From a virus (lineage: Duplodnaviria > Caudoviricetes), in the IMG/VR virus record IMGVR_UViG_3300025718_000031, positions 1 through 24,753 of that record: DNA of 24,753 nucleotides; one strand, 5' to 3'. Shown piece after piece: positions 24,727 to 24,753 of the stretch (position 1 is its first letter; the number at the start of each line of letters is the position of its first letter). The notes beneath the pieces are model-generated. The model made no database searches. It saw nothing but the letters and a program-made list of their open reading frames with translations, and was not told the DNA's origin. The translations under genes were made by a program, and so were the position numbers.

Positions 24727-24753
24727 GAGAGGGTAGCATGAAATGCCTAACCT

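Larger units (their letters stand above)
1..24753 (+). mobile_element. Part of a temperate siphovirus/prophage of a Clostridium-like host (replication to lysis and right-end accessory region)
   Basis: Canonical order replication-activator-terminase-portal-head-tail-fibre-lysis; low GC; AGGAGG/GGTG RBSs; Firmicutes-type LexA box and sigma-K-like promoter. Ends of the element not seen. Confidence 0.95.

Overview
Low-GC, Clostridium-like temperate siphophage (probably a prophage), covering its middle and right portion, almost all on the + strand. Gene order: 5'-truncated primase/helicase-type ATPase, a repeat-rich putative replication origin, ArpU/RinA-type late activator, terminase, SPP1-like head, long non-contractile tail (frameshifted chaperone, tape measure, Dit, Tal), and a modular tail fibre carrying a PHP metallohydrolase and a carbohydrate-binding-like domain. 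Two morons follow: an acyltransferase-3 with its own sigma-A promoter and a Cys-rich peptide with a sigma-K-like promoter. Then come the lysis genes (XhlA-like, GH25-SH3 endolysin, holin), a convergent three-gene operon ending in a PIN nuclease, and a LexA-box-controlled YolD/WYL-like gene. No integrase or att site is visible. Best leads: (i) 28-bp dyad, dif-like sites that seem to bracket the fibre tip plus acyltransferase as an exchangeable cassette, (ii) the tripartite PIN operon as a candidate defence/TA system, and (iii) the sporulation-promoter-driven Cys-rich peptide. All family calls come from motif recognition and gene order, not database searches.
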